From assembly GCA_024277435.1 (NCBI GenBank), contig JAJRVJ010000028.1, positions 14,114-78,113 on the forward strand: a stretch of DNA of 64,000 nucleotides, given 5' to 3'. This DNA is from Patescibacteria group bacterium. Its GTDB lineage: Bacteria > Patescibacteriota > Patescibacteriia > UBA9570. The position numbers and the translations under genes are program-made. Below, one piece after another: positions 8,917 through 18,913 of the stretch; position 1 is the first letter of the stretch, and each line of letters begins with the position of its first letter. Below the pieces are notes generated by a model. It did not search any database, had not been told where the DNA came from, and saw only the letters and a list, made by a program, of their open reading frames with translations.

Positions 8917-9338
8917 CATAAGTCGCTCTTTAAGAACTCAACTTGTTACGTTCACTACGATATCTCATATGGATTGTAGATAACTGGAGCAGAGAAAATT
9001 CTGATACAAAATCCTTTTGTGGCAGAGTTTTCTCTGGTCTGACCTCGGGCAATAAAACAAAAAACAAAAAGTTTACCCCTTCGCCAGCCCGCAATTATGT
9101 TTTACTTCGGTAGAATCGCGGGGCAGCGACAGATCTGAGAGTCCCTAACGGGAGATCCTATGAAAGCCTGATACGTAGGAACGAACATTCTTAATTCTCG
9201 AATAGAAATCCTTTGCTTAGCTTCCTCAAGGGAGGTTAGACAAGGTCTACTTGAGGATATAGGGGTGTTCGCACCGATAGAAAAATACGGCCTTTGCGCC
9301 GTTGCTGTTGGGGGAACACCCCTCATTTTTTTCCAAAA
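8917..9338 (+). ncRNA. Candidate structured noncoding RNA, or a long leader of unknown class
   Basis: Promoter upstream, no credible ORF, multiple local hairpins including a TAC-TTCG-GTA tetraloop hairpin, and a strong terminator-like hairpin GGGGTGTTCGCACCG...GGGGAACACCCC plus T7 at 9262-9338. No RNase P, tmRNA or SRP consensus was recognised by eye. Confidence 0.25.
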
Positions 9339-9342
9339 AATT

Positions 9343-9561
9343 ATGAGCCTATATAATAACAATTTAACTAATCCAGAATCTACGCCAGAGCCAGATGAAG
9401 AACTGCAATCTGATGGTATTAGTGATGAGAAAGTGAGTGCTGGTGAAAAAGCGCGCGCCGATGATGTTACGGATGTTATTGCCACAATTCGAGCAATGCA
9501 GGATGCGCAGCGCAAACAGGATGCAGAAGCTAGCGAGGCAACCGACTTGGAAAAACAATAA
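9343..9561 (+). CDS. Small acidic hypothetical protein (73 aa)
   Basis: Starts at the first ATG after the terminator-like hairpin. The longer track ORF 9265-9561 would include the hairpin. No strong RBS. Confidence 0.3.
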   Translation: MSLYNNNLTNPESTPEPDEELQSDGISDEKVSAGEKARADDVTDVIATIRAMQDAQRKQDAEASEATDLEKQ

Positions 9562-9584
9562 TAGTACGCTATAGTATTACTCAT

Positions 9585-9971
9585 ATGAAACATATTGATA
9601 CAAACGTTCTCGAAGAACTAAAACAACAATTACTTGATCTCAAAAAACAATTAGAACAGGAGCTAGCTACCGTAGCTGACCCTGATGTTGGGGAGCATGT
9701 TCCTGGCGATTATGCTGCAAAGTTTCCAAATTTTGGAGACGATAATTATCTTGACGGAGGATCAGATTCTCCAGATGAAGTGCAAGCATATGAAGTGAAT
9801 CTATCTGTGACGAAACAACTTGAAAAATATCTGCAGCAAGTAAATAGTGCCCTTGCTCGCATGGAAGATGGTAGTTACGGATTTGATATAAACACTGGGG
9901 AAGAAATCTCCATCGAGCGTTTACAAGCAAATCCTTCTGCTGCAACCGCAATTCCAAAACCAACTAAATAA
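9585..9971 (+). CDS. DksA/TraR (YteA-like) family regulator without the Cys4 zinc finger
   Basis: N-terminal coiled coil (LEELKQQLLDLKKQLEQEL). C-terminal GSYGFDINTGEEISIERLQANPSA matches the DksA/TraR C-terminal motif but lacks the cysteines. Confidence 0.5.
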   Translation: MKHIDTNVLEELKQQLLDLKKQLEQELATVADPDVGEHVPGDYAAKFPNFGDDNYLDGGSDSPDEVQAYEVNLSVTKQLEKYLQQVNSALARMEDGSYGFDINTGEEISIERLQANPSAATAIPKPTK

Positions 9972-9977
9972 TAGTAC

Positions 9978-10445
9978 ATGAAACGTCACGTTGTCTGGTA
10001 TGGCATTCCCGCCTTAGCTGCACTGGCGTTTTTTTGTGACCAAGCTACTAAGTGGTGGTTCATTGATAATCCCACAATGACATGGTCATATTTGAATGAT
10101 GCGCTAGTGTTTTCATATCGTCTTAATACCGATATGGCGCTAAGTTTACCACTGGTGCCATGGATGTATTATCCACTAGTAGCTCTAGTAATAGGTATTT
10201 TGATATATAGCATGGTGGTGGTTATTCGCAATGCACAGGTGTGGGAGTATTTGGTAATTTGGGTTATTATTGCAGGCGCTATCAGTAACTTAGTTGATCG
10301 TTGGTTATACGGAGGAGTTGTAGATTTTATTAATATTTCTATCGGCAGTGTATTTAATATTGCCGATGTATACATTGTAGGTGGAGCTATTATGTGGTTT
10401 ATACTATCATTACGACATGGGAAAAAGATTTCAAAAAGTAACTGA
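9978..10445 (+). CDS. lspA: Lipoprotein signal peptidase (signal peptidase II)
   Basis: Four transmembrane segments and the catalytic region motifs NLVDR and SVFNIADVYIVGGAI. Confidence 0.85.
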   Translation: MKRHVVWYGIPALAALAFFCDQATKWWFIDNPTMTWSYLNDALVFSYRLNTDMALSLPLVPWMYYPLVALVIGILIYSMVVVIRNAQVWEYLVIWVIIAGAISNLVDRWLYGGVVDFINISIGSVFNIADVYIVGGAIMWFILSLRHGKKISKSN

Positions 10446-10737
10446 GTTTTTTATCTGCGAACGCTGCGGCAATGAAGTAGAGGGTCGTGGTTACACAAAT
10501 CATTGCACTCAATGTTTTACATCTAAACATGTAGATGTTGATCCAGGAGATCGAGCGGCAGATTGTGGCGGTTTAATGAATGTGAAGGATATTTATTTAC
10601 ATGAAGGTCACTGGGTTATTCAACATAAGTGTGAAGTATGTGGACATGTGCGAAATAATAAAGTACAAGCTGAAGATAACATGGAGAAACTAGCAGAACG
10701 TAAACGTGAATTAAATCAGCAGGCTACTCAGCGATAG
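10417..10737 (+). CDS. RNHCP-domain protein (Cys-rich zinc-ribbon-like)
   Basis: FICERCG, RGYTNHCTQC (RNHCP motif) and CEVCGH cysteine pairs. The start at MGKRF overlaps the lspA end. Confidence 0.6.
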   Translation: MGKRFQKVTEFFICERCGNEVEGRGYTNHCTQCFTSKHVDVDPGDRAADCGGLMNVKDIYLHEGHWVIQHKCEVCGHVRNNKVQAEDNMEKLAERKRELNQQATQR

Positions 10738-10865
10738 CTCTTAAGAGCTAGACAAAACCGGTATTTTCTGATAGATTACATGTAGAGCGTCCGTTGGTTC
10801 ACCCGGCGGTTTTTTTATTAGCCTTTTTTGGGTGAACAGTATTCACAGTGGTGGCATAATCATTT

Positions 10866-12401
10866 ATGCTTGCAACCATTCATTCAGCAGCCGTGCGCGG
10901 TTTACAATCGCATGTAGTAAACGTAGAGGTAGATGTTAGTCCGGGCTTTCCTAGCTTTACTATTGTTGGCCTTCCTGATACAGCAATTCAAGAATCGCGG
11001 GAACGAATTCGGTCTGCCATTAAACATTTTGAAATCAGTTTTCCTGAAATTAAAGTAGTGGTGAATTTAGCGCCAGCCGATCTTAGTAAGTCTGGGCCAT
11101 GTTATGATTTACCGATTGCGTTGGCTATTCTTGCTTCCAGTGGACATATCACATTACCAGAACATACAGTGCTATGTGTTGGAGAATTAGCGCTTAATGG
11201 AGATGTGCGTTCAATACAAGGAGCGTTATCTATAACCATGATGGCAAAACAAGAAGGCTTTAAAACAGTTATTGTACCAGCTGGAAATGCTGCAGAAGCT
11301 GCACTAGTTTCAGACATTACAATATTGCCCGCAAAATCTATTAACGATGTGATAGAGCATTATTCGAATAGAAGAAAAATTACACCACAGCCACATGTAC
11401 CACCTAAGTTCACGGCAGCATCAAGCATCTATGATTTTTCGCATATTAAAGGACAATCAATGGTAAAGCGAGCGTTAGAGATTTCTGCAGCTGGGGGACA
11501 CCATACAATTTTATTCGGGCCACCCGGTTCAGGTAAAACCATATTAGCTAAAACGGTGCTTTCAATATTACCAGACATGTCCATCGATGAAATGCTAGAG
11601 GCCACAACGATGTACAGTATTTGCGGATTATTAGATTCTAACCAATCATATATCCAACAACGTCCATTTCGTAATCCACACCATTCAGCTTCAATGGCTG
11701 CTTTGGTTGGCGGTGGACGTTTGCCAAGGCCAGGTGAAATATCGTTAGCGCATCATGGCATACTGTATCTGGATGAGTTACCAGAGTTCTCGCGGACGGT
11801 ATTAGAATCGCTACGGCAGCCCTTGGAAGATCGCACAGTAACCGTTGCTCGAGTAGAACAAAGTGTTACGTACCCGGCGGAGTGCACATTAATTGGTAGC
11901 TTAAATCCGTGCCCCTGTGGTTTTTTTGGTGATTCCGAAAAAGAATGTATCTGTACGCCCACACAAATTGCAAAATATCAAAACAAATTATCTGGTCCGT
12001 TACTAGATAGAGTAGATCTATTTTGTTATGTTCCTCGAATCACATTTGATGTGCTATCTAGTGATAGTAGCCAAGAAGAAACGTCTCATGATATTCGTGA
12101 TAGAGTGAAGCGTGCCTATGCTGTACAGCGCAAGCGTGGCGAAGCGTATGGTGTACAGCGTAACGTATATATTCCCAATACAGTTATTGATGAGATTTGC
12201 ACGCTAGATAATGAGTGCAGGAAGATTATGAAAAGCGCCATGCAAACAATACAACTATCACCAAGGGGATACTATCGAGTTTTACGGGTAGCTCGCACGA
12301 TAGCTGATTTGGCGGAGGAGGAAACTATTCAAACAGTTCACTTACAGGAAGCGCTGCAATACAGGCAAACATTCCTTACAGCAGAAACGTCGTACATGTA
12401 G
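10866..12401 (+). CDS. comM: Mg-chelatase-like AAA+ ATPase, ComM/YifB family
   Basis: N-terminal Lon-like domain (AAVRGLQSHVVNVEVDVSPGFPSFTIVGLPD) and GPPGSGKT Walker A. Typical YifB length and architecture. Confidence 0.9.
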   Translation: MLATIHSAAVRGLQSHVVNVEVDVSPGFPSFTIVGLPDTAIQESRERIRSAIKHFEISFPEIKVVVNLAPADLSKSGPCYDLPIALAILASSGHITLPEHTVLCVGELALNGDVRSIQGALSITMMAKQEGFKTVIVPAGNAAEAALVSDITILPAKSINDVIEHYSNRRKITPQPHVPPKFTAASSIYDFSHIKGQSMVKRALEISAAGGHHTILFGPPGSGKTILAKTVLSILPDMSIDEMLEATTMYSICGLLDSNQSYIQQRPFRNPHHSASMAALVGGGRLPRPGEISLAHHGILYLDELPEFSRTVLESLRQPLEDRTVTVARVEQSVTYPAECTLIGSLNPCPCGFFGDSEKECICTPTQIAKYQNKLSGPLLDRVDLFCYVPRITFDVLSSDSSQEETSHDIRDRVKRAYAVQRKRGEAYGVQRNVYIPNTVIDEICTLDNECRKIMKSAMQTIQLSPRGYYRVLRVARTIADLAEEETIQTVHLQEALQYRQTFLTAETSYM

Positions 12402-12403
12402 TA

Positions 12404-13063
12404 TTAATTATGCACGATCACAACAAACTCACCACGAACCTGATCGCGAGATGAAAGGTCGTTATACAGTTCTTCAGCCGTACCGCGTAAGAATTCCTCA
12501 TGCAGCTTTGTGAGTTCACGCCCAATCACAATGGAGCGCTCGCAATCACGTAAGGCATCTAACGTTTTAAGAATGCGATGAGGTGATTCATAAAATATCA
12601 TCGTAGCATCACTGTCACTAATACGCTTCAGTAAAGTTTGCCTACCCTTCTTGTGCGGTATAAAACCTAAGAATGTAAAAGTATGCGTATCAACACCAGC
12701 AGCTTGTAGGGTAGTAATTAATGCACTTGGTCCTGGAATAGGAGTTACCGTGATGTTTTCAGCTACTGCTTTGCGAATAATGCGTGTACCGGGGTCAGAA
12801 ATGCCGGGTGTGCCAGCGTCAGTCACTAAAGCTATGTTTTCACCGCCTTGTAATCGTTCAATAATAGTGCTCATTTGCTTTTCATTCGAGTGTTGATGAT
12901 ATACAGCTGTAGGGGTTGTAATAGAGTACTTGTCCAAAAGTCGTTTAGTTATGCGGGTATCTTCACATAAAATAACATCTACCTTTTGTAGGGTAGATAC
13001 GGCTCGATAGGTAATATCTTGTAGGTTGCCAATTGGGGTGGCTACGATATACAGGGTACCCAT
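12404..13063 (-). CDS. rsmI: 16S rRNA (cytidine1402-2'-O)-methyltransferase
   Basis: MGTLYIVATPIGNLQDITYRAVSTLQKVDVILCEDTRITKRLL is the canonical RsmI N-terminus. Confidence 0.9.
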   Translation of the reverse strand: MGTLYIVATPIGNLQDITYRAVSTLQKVDVILCEDTRITKRLLDKYSITTPTAVYHQHSNEKQMSTIIERLQGGENIALVTDAGTPGISDPGTRIIRKAVAENITVTPIPGPSALITTLQAAGVDTHTFTFLGFIPHKKGRQTLLKRISDSDATMIFYESPHRILKTLDALRDCERSIVIGRELTKLHEEFLRGTAEELYNDLSSRDQVRGEFVVIVHN

Positions 13064-13126
13064 TTACAGCTTTGGTCAATATTTAGTATACTGAATCCAG
13101 TATAATACAATTAATATGTATAGGCT

Positions 13127-13498
13127 ATGGCAGATACGAAAGTGCTCATTGTAGAGGATGATAAATTCCTTAGCGAGTTAATTTCTACAAAATTAGATAA
13201 AGAAGGTTACGACATCGCCTTAGCTGGAGATGGAGAAACTGGTTTGAAGCAGGCTGATCAGTTTATGCCAGATATCATTCTATTAGATATCATGCTTCCA
13301 GGCATGGATGGTTTTGAGGTGTTAGCCAAGCTAAAAACCGATGAGAAGCTTAAGGAGATCCCTGTAATCATCCTTTCCAATTTTGGTCAGGAAAGTAAAG
13401 TAGAAAAAGGTTTGCAGCTAGGTGCTGTGGATTATTTAGTAAAGGCTAACTTTACAACAGGAGAAATTGTTGAAAAAATCAAAACAGTTCTCAAGTAA
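13127..13498 (+). CDS. Single-domain CheY-like response regulator receiver protein
   Basis: VLIVEDD...D(phospho-acceptor)IILLDIMLPGMDG...K motifs of the REC domain. No output domain. Confidence 0.85.
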   Translation: MADTKVLIVEDDKFLSELISTKLDKEGYDIALAGDGETGLKQADQFMPDIILLDIMLPGMDGFEVLAKLKTDEKLKEIPVIILSNFGQESKVEKGLQLGAVDYLVKANFTTGEIVEKIKTVLK

Positions 13499-13512
13499 AG
13501 TAATTCAAAAAC

Positions 13513-13552
13513 AAAACAGTAGCGGCGCGATTAATCGCGCCGCTACTGTTTT
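13513..13552. terminator. Bidirectional terminator; 40-nt perfect palindrome AAAACAGTAGCGGCGCG-ATTAAT-CGCGCCGCTACTGTTTT
   Basis: It lies between convergent genes with A-run and T-run flanks. Its core is related to the 4819-4848 palindrome by compensatory arm changes. Confidence 0.6.
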
Positions 13553-13572
13553 TACTACAGAACTTTTGTATT

Positions 13573-14949
13573 CTATCGAATGAAATTCAGTGGCTCCTGC
13601 TTCACTCCATTCACCGTTACTTCAAAATGGACATGTGGACCCGTAGACCGTCCGGTACTTCCTACAAATCCTATAACATCGCCACGTCCAACAGATTGGC
13701 CGCTAGATATATTAAAGGCAGACATATGTGCATAGCGTGTTGTCATTCCGTTAGGATGCACAACGTCAATATACAAACCATAGCCTCCACCCCAGCCATT
13801 ACTATTACGAATGTACGCAGTACCGCTTTCAGCTGCGTAGATTGGCGTTCCCGACGGACAAGCAATATCGCGGGCTAAGCCATGGCCATAATATGTTTTC
13901 GCTGCATTACGGCAGCCCACTGGCCAGTTAAGATTACCGCCAGTTACACTACCTGGTACGTTTCGTTGTTGAAATACATTTCCGCTTCCAGTATTTGAAG
14001 CAGTATATGTAGGTTTTGGAGGTGGTGGTGGAACATACGGTTCACCATCTACAATAATAATTTTAGAACCAACGGGAATAATATCTTCACCTTCAAGTGC
14101 GGCCAATGTAGCATCATAATCACCTGTATGTTTATCAACAAGTTTTTTTAATGTATCACCATCTTTTACTTCAACAACATAACCAGAGTATGGTGGAATG
14201 GATAGTGTATCCCCAGGCTTAATAAAGCTCTTCGATGTAAGGCTATTAGCCCACAGAATACTATTTACAGAAAGGCCGAATCTATCAGCGATAGAGCCAA
14301 TGCTATCACCTTCACGTACTTTATAATTAGTAAAGTCTGCCCGAACACCAACCTCGGTAGATAGTACAGTATTACTTGTTAGCGCTGAACCTGCTTCTAG
14401 TAGCTGTAGTTCTTCTTCAATAGTACGTAAACGTTGTGCTTGTGGATCAACTCGAGGAATATTCGCAATTAATACACCGTCAGTTTCAAAGTAAAAATCT
14501 GTACTACCACTACGTTGTGGTAAGCCTTTTTCTACAATTTCTTCACCAAGTTCTCCTTCACTTGCAATTTGGTATAATCCAGATTGTTTTCCAAAGTCTT
14601 CATCATATACAGTCTTTGCTTGAATTACATTATTCGATGCAACAAATACCGTAATTGTTACAACCATTACATGAATAAGATATTTATTACCAAAGATAAA
14701 GAAAAACTTATTATGAAAGAATTTCGATTTTTTCAATCGTGTAAATACAGAAATATAGCGCCGATATATAAATAGCGCTATTGGTTTTAAAATAAATTTA
14801 AGAGTTAACCAAAAGGGGTCGATTAACAACGCTAATAGCCACCATAAGGCACGAACGATTACTCTGGCCAAACGCAACATGCGTACGGCTAGCGAAACAG
14901 CAAATTGTTTTATTCGTAGAGACACGCCGGAAAGAATACCACTTTGCAT
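13573..14949 (-). CDS. LysM-domain M23 family metallopeptidase (peptidoglycan endopeptidase), N-terminally membrane-anchored
   Basis: C-terminal M23 motifs (HxxxD-like GHGLARDIACPSGTPIYAAESG, GPHVHFEV) and two LysM-like segments (YKVREGDSIGSIADRFG, YVVEVKDGDTLKKLV). The true start may be an internal Met. Confidence 0.8.
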   Translation of the reverse strand: MQSGILSGVSLRIKQFAVSLAVRMLRLARVIVRALWWLLALLIDPFWLTLKFILKPIALFIYRRYISVFTRLKKSKFFHNKFFFIFGNKYLIHVMVVTITVFVASNNVIQAKTVYDEDFGKQSGLYQIASEGELGEEIVEKGLPQRSGSTDFYFETDGVLIANIPRVDPQAQRLRTIEEELQLLEAGSALTSNTVLSTEVGVRADFTNYKVREGDSIGSIADRFGLSVNSILWANSLTSKSFIKPGDTLSIPPYSGYVVEVKDGDTLKKLVDKHTGDYDATLAALEGEDIIPVGSKIIIVDGEPYVPPPPPKPTYTASNTGSGNVFQQRNVPGSVTGGNLNWPVGCRNAAKTYYGHGLARDIACPSGTPIYAAESGTAYIRNSNGWGGGYGLYIDVVHPNGMTTRYAHMSAFNISSGQSVGRGDVIGFVGSTGRSTGPHVHFEVTVNGVKQEPLNFIR

Positions 14950-15074
14950 ATGCTATGTCAATGTAGATTATTGTTGAATTAATTGACAAATGGTTAAAAA
15001 AGTTGCCTTATAATAAGCGCTAGTTTTTTTGGCTAATTCTTGCAACAAACGCACACTGCCGCTACAATACGGCT

Positions 15075-17489
15075 ATGCAAATAAAAGATATAGAACCTAA
15101 GTGGCAAAAAGATTGGGAATCAAATAAACCTAATCGTGCTAATGATGAAAGCGCAGAGAAGAAGTATTATTGTTTAGATATGTTTCCATATCCGTCGGGT
15201 AGCGGCCTTCATGTTGGTCATCCAGAAGGATATACAGCTACCGATATTGTTTCACGGTATAAGCGGATGAACGGAATGAATGTATTACATCCAATGGGTT
15301 GGGATGCATTTGGATTGCCAGCAGAAAATTATGCTATTAAAACAGGTACTCATCCCGATAAGTCCACGCACGATAATATCAATAATTTCCGGCGCCAAAT
15401 TAAATCGCTGGGATTTAGTTACGATTGGGAACGGGAAATTGATACATCATCTCCAGAATACTATAAGTGGACGCAATGGATGTTCTTGCAAATGTACAAG
15501 AATGGTTTAGCGTATCGTAAGAAAGCTAAGGTGAATTGGTGTAATAGCTGCCAAACAGTATTGGCAAACGAGCAGGTGATCGATGGAAAATGTGAACGCA
15601 GTAATGATGAGGTGATTCAAAAAGATCTTGAACAATGGTTTTTTAAGATCACAGATTATGTCGAGGAGTTACTTGGTGATTTGGATGCTATCGATTGGCC
15701 AGAACCAATCAAGTTGATGCAGCGTAACTGGATTGGTAAACAAGAAGGGATAAATATTACGTATGACATTGATGGTGAAGTAGATCATAAAATAGAGTGT
15801 TTCACAAAATATCCAGAAACAAATTTTGGAGCAACATTTATTGTAGTTGCACCAGAGCATGACATTGTAGAAAGAATTGTCACAGAAGAACAACGAGCTG
15901 CTGTTCAAGAATATGTAAAATCCTGTGCCAATAAAGATGATAGAGACCGAACCGATGATACGAAAGAAAAAACCGGTGTATTCACTGGCCGTTACGCAAC
16001 CAATCCTCTTACAGGATTTAAGATGCCAATTTGGGTGGCTGACTTTGTATTAGCTAACTATGGTACGGGTATGGTGGTAGCTGTGCCAGCACACGATACG
16101 CGCGACTTTCAGTTTGCTACAAAATATGGTTTGGAAATTATCCGTGTGATGAAAACCCCAGATGGCGACACGTCTCCTGTGGAGCGCCTTGAGCAAATAG
16201 ATCATAATGGTGAGATGATGAAGTCAGAATTTTTGGATGGCTTAGATGCACAATCTGAAGCCAAGACAAAAATGATGAACCACATGGAAGAACAAGGTAT
16301 GGGTAAGCGCGTGGTATTTTATAATTTACGCGATTGGTTAATTTCTCGGCAACGCTACTGGGGGGCACCAATTCCTGTTGTGTACGATCCGGAGGGGAAT
16401 CCGCATCCAATAAAAGAAGAACATCTACCATTAACGTTACCAACGGATGTTGATTATACCCCTAAGGGAACCTCACCTCTAGGAAGTTCTGAAGCATATA
16501 AAAAACTTGCCGAAGAATTATATGGTAAGGGTTGGCATTTTGAAATTGATACGATGGATACATTTGTGTGTTCTTCTTGGTATTACTTACGCTACTGTGA
16601 TCCTCATAATGAAAAAGCTTTTGCTGCACCAGATAAATTAAAGCAGTGGTTACCAGTAGATATGTATGTGGGTGGAGCAGAGCACGCCGTATTACACTTA
16701 CTGTACGCTCGATTTTTTCACAAAGCGCTGCAAGATTTTGGACACATTCCTAAAGAAGTAGGGCGTGAACCATTTGCTGCGCTGCGTAATCAAGGAATGA
16801 TTCTAGGTGAAGATCATCAAAAGATGAGTAAGTCGCGCGGGAATGTAATTAACCCAGATGATGTAGTAGAAATGTATGGAGCCGATACGTTGCGGTTATA
16901 TGAAATGTTCATGGGGCCGTTTGAAGATGTGAAACCTTGGAACATGGATAGTATTAAAGGAGTGCATCGCTTTTTAGAGAAAACAGCTCGGTTAGTAGAT
17001 GTGGTAGGTGATGGTGAGCCAGATAAAAAAACCCAACAACTAACACATTCAACTATTAAATCCGTAACGGCTGATATTGAAAACTTTCGCTTTAATACAG
17101 CTATTTCAGCAATGATGATTTTAGTGAATCATTATAGCGATTTAACAACTGTTCCACGTGGAAATTATGAATCACTAGTATTATTACTAGCTCCACTAGC
17201 TCCACATGTTGCGGCAGAATTATGGAAGCAACTAGGTCATAAGGAAACAGTGCATGCGCAAACCTGGCCTACATATGATGAGGCCTTAACTAAAGCTGAA
17301 GAGGTAACAGTAGCAGTGCAAGTAAACGGCAAAGTGCGCGATAAACTTATTCTTGCCGTTGATGCTTCTGAAGAAGATGTAAAAGCTCAGGCGCAAACTA
17401 GTGAAAAAGTACAAAAACATATTAATGGTAAAGAGGTGGTAAAAGTTATTTACGTACCTGGTAGAATTGTGAATATCGTTGTGAAATAA
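15075..17489 (+). CDS. leuS: Leucyl-tRNA synthetase
   Basis: [39 protein letters not shown] (HIGH region) and KMSKSRGN (KMSKS). Possible promoter TTGCAA-N17-TACAAT at 15039-15067. Confidence 0.95.
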   Translation: MQIKDIEPKWQKDWESNKPNRANDESAEKKYYCLDMFPYPSGSGLHVGHPEGYTATDIVSRYKRMNGMNVLHPMGWDAFGLPAENYAIKTGTHPDKSTHDNINNFRRQIKSLGFSYDWEREIDTSSPEYYKWTQWMFLQMYKNGLAYRKKAKVNWCNSCQTVLANEQVIDGKCERSNDEVIQKDLEQWFFKITDYVEELLGDLDAIDWPEPIKLMQRNWIGKQEGINITYDIDGEVDHKIECFTKYPETNFGATFIVVAPEHDIVERIVTEEQRAAVQEYVKSCANKDDRDRTDDTKEKTGVFTGRYATNPLTGFKMPIWVADFVLANYGTGMVVAVPAHDTRDFQFATKYGLEIIRVMKTPDGDTSPVERLEQIDHNGEMMKSEFLDGLDAQSEAKTKMMNHMEEQGMGKRVVFYNLRDWLISRQRYWGAPIPVVYDPEGNPHPIKEEHLPLTLPTDVDYTPKGTSPLGSSEAYKKLAEELYGKGWHFEIDTMDTFVCSSWYYLRYCDPHNEKAFAAPDKLKQWLPVDMYVGGAEHAVLHLLYARFFHKALQDFGHIPKEVGREPFAALRNQGMILGEDHQKMSKSRGNVINPDDVVEMYGADTLRLYEMFMGPFEDVKPWNMDSIKGVHRFLEKTARLVDVVGDGEPDKKTQQLTHSTIKSVTADIENFRFNTAISAMMILVNHYSDLTTVPRGNYESLVLLLAPLAPHVAAELWKQLGHKETVHAQTWPTYDEALTKAEEVTVAVQVNGKVRDKLILAVDASEEDVKAQAQTSEKVQKHINGKEVVKVIYVPGRIVNIVVK

Positions 17490-17492
17490 AGG

Positions 17493-18038
17493 TTGATGAC
17501 TATTTCTAGCAAGGAAATCTATACTGCAGCGCAACACATAAAGTCCGGTGGAATTGTAATTTATCCAACCGATACAGCATATGCTATTGGCTGTGCATTT
17601 GATAATATGCCAGCGATTCGTGCAATTATGAAGTTGAAGGGTCGTAAAGATGTAAAGTTTACAATTATTGCCTCATCATTACAGCAGGTTCAAAAGTATT
17701 TCTCTCTTAATGCCTAACAAAAAAAATTAGCCAAGCGACATTGGCCAGGCGCTCTCTCAATAGTAGTATCGTCAAAGTTTGCTGTGCGCGTGCCGAATTA
17801 TTATCCGGCTCGTAGTTTAGCCCGCCGAGCTGGTAAGCCACTCATTGCTACTAGTGTAAATATTTCAGGTCGAGCAGTACATTATAATTTGCGTAACCTC
17901 CATAAAAAATTTATCAGTAAAGATATTGCTATACTTAATGCCGGGATTCTTTCAAAAGATAAACCATCTACCGTTGTTGAATGCAAAGATAGTAAATTAA
18001 TAATTCACCGCCAAGGATCGGTAGATATATATGTATAA
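17493..18038 (+). pseudogene. tsaC: L-threonylcarbamoyladenylate synthase TsaC/YrdC interrupted by a single in-frame TAA (17715-17717)
   Basis: The two ORFs (17493-17717 and 17784-18038) are in the same frame. The N-terminal part has YPTDTAYAIGC and the C-terminal part has LAKRHWPGALS...GKPLIATSVNISG. The frame is continuous apart from the TAA, which sits next to an A8 run. Confidence 0.7.
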
Positions 18039-18906
18039 AGCACCAACTACACCGCAAGAAATTAAAGATACAACCAAATATTTCAAATTATCTGCTAACA
18101 AAGATATTGGCCAACATTTTTTGTTTGATCAAGATGTATTGCACGCAATCGTAGATGAGTATGCAGTATATAATAATAAACAGAGTACTGTATTAGAAGT
18201 GGGGCCTGGCTTAGGAGTATTAACCGAGAGATTAGTGCAGGTGGCTGATAAAGTAGTAAGTGTAGAGTTAGATAGGCGGCTGGAACCAGTATTGCATGCC
18301 TTGGAAACACAATATGATAATCTGGAAATCATTCGAAGTGATATTTTACGTACCCAACTAGGGGATTATGGTTTATCGAACGGTAATTTTACAGTTGTTG
18401 CTAACCTTCCATATCAAATAACCTCACATTTTATTCGCCAAATGCTTACGCAGGAGCCATATCCAGATAGATTAATACTACTTGTCCAAAAAGAAGTTGC
18501 GGAACGCATTGTGGCTGAGCCAGGTAAATTAAGTGTATTAGCTCTATCGGTTCAAGCATTTGCTGATCCAGAAATTATTGCAATGGTACCGCCAGAGGTA
18601 TTTTATCCGGCTCCAGCGATACAAAGTGCTATTTTAGCCATAAATAATGTTCGATCAAAGAAAGTATTTAAGGATAAACAAGAGGAAGATATGTTTTTTC
18701 GCATAGTTAAGGGTGGATTTGCTCAAAAGAGAAAGATGTTACGAAAGAATCTACAGAATATTCGTATTAATGAAAAAAGTCTTAGCGGAGACGATATAGA
18801 CATCATATATAATATGATTGGAATCAAAAAAACTGCTCGAGCCCAGGAAATTTCGCTAAAACAGTGGCTTTTGATGCTTGACAAAATTAAAACTTTCGTG
18901 ATATAA
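18031..18906 (+). CDS. rsmA: 16S rRNA (adenine1518/1519-N6)-dimethyltransferase
   Basis: QHFLFDQDVL, VLEVGPGLGVLTERL (SAM-binding) and VANLPYQITS motifs of KsgA/RsmA. Confidence 0.9.
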   Translation: MYKAPTTPQEIKDTTKYFKLSANKDIGQHFLFDQDVLHAIVDEYAVYNNKQSTVLEVGPGLGVLTERLVQVADKVVSVELDRRLEPVLHALETQYDNLEIIRSDILRTQLGDYGLSNGNFTVVANLPYQITSHFIRQMLTQEPYPDRLILLVQKEVAERIVAEPGKLSVLALSVQAFADPEIIAMVPPEVFYPAPAIQSAILAINNVRSKKVFKDKQEEDMFFRIVKGGFAQKRKMLRKNLQNIRINEKSLSGDDIDIIYNMIGIKKTARAQEISLKQWLLMLDKIKTFVI

Positions 18907-18913
18907 TATTTTT

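Noticed and set aside
9265-9342. 5' extension of ORF 9265-9561
   Set aside because: The extension is encoded by the GC-rich terminator-like hairpin and T-run. Translation through it is implausible, so the start was moved to 9343.
12651-12896. Plus-strand ORF inside rsmI
   Set aside because: It is antisense to a well-supported gene.
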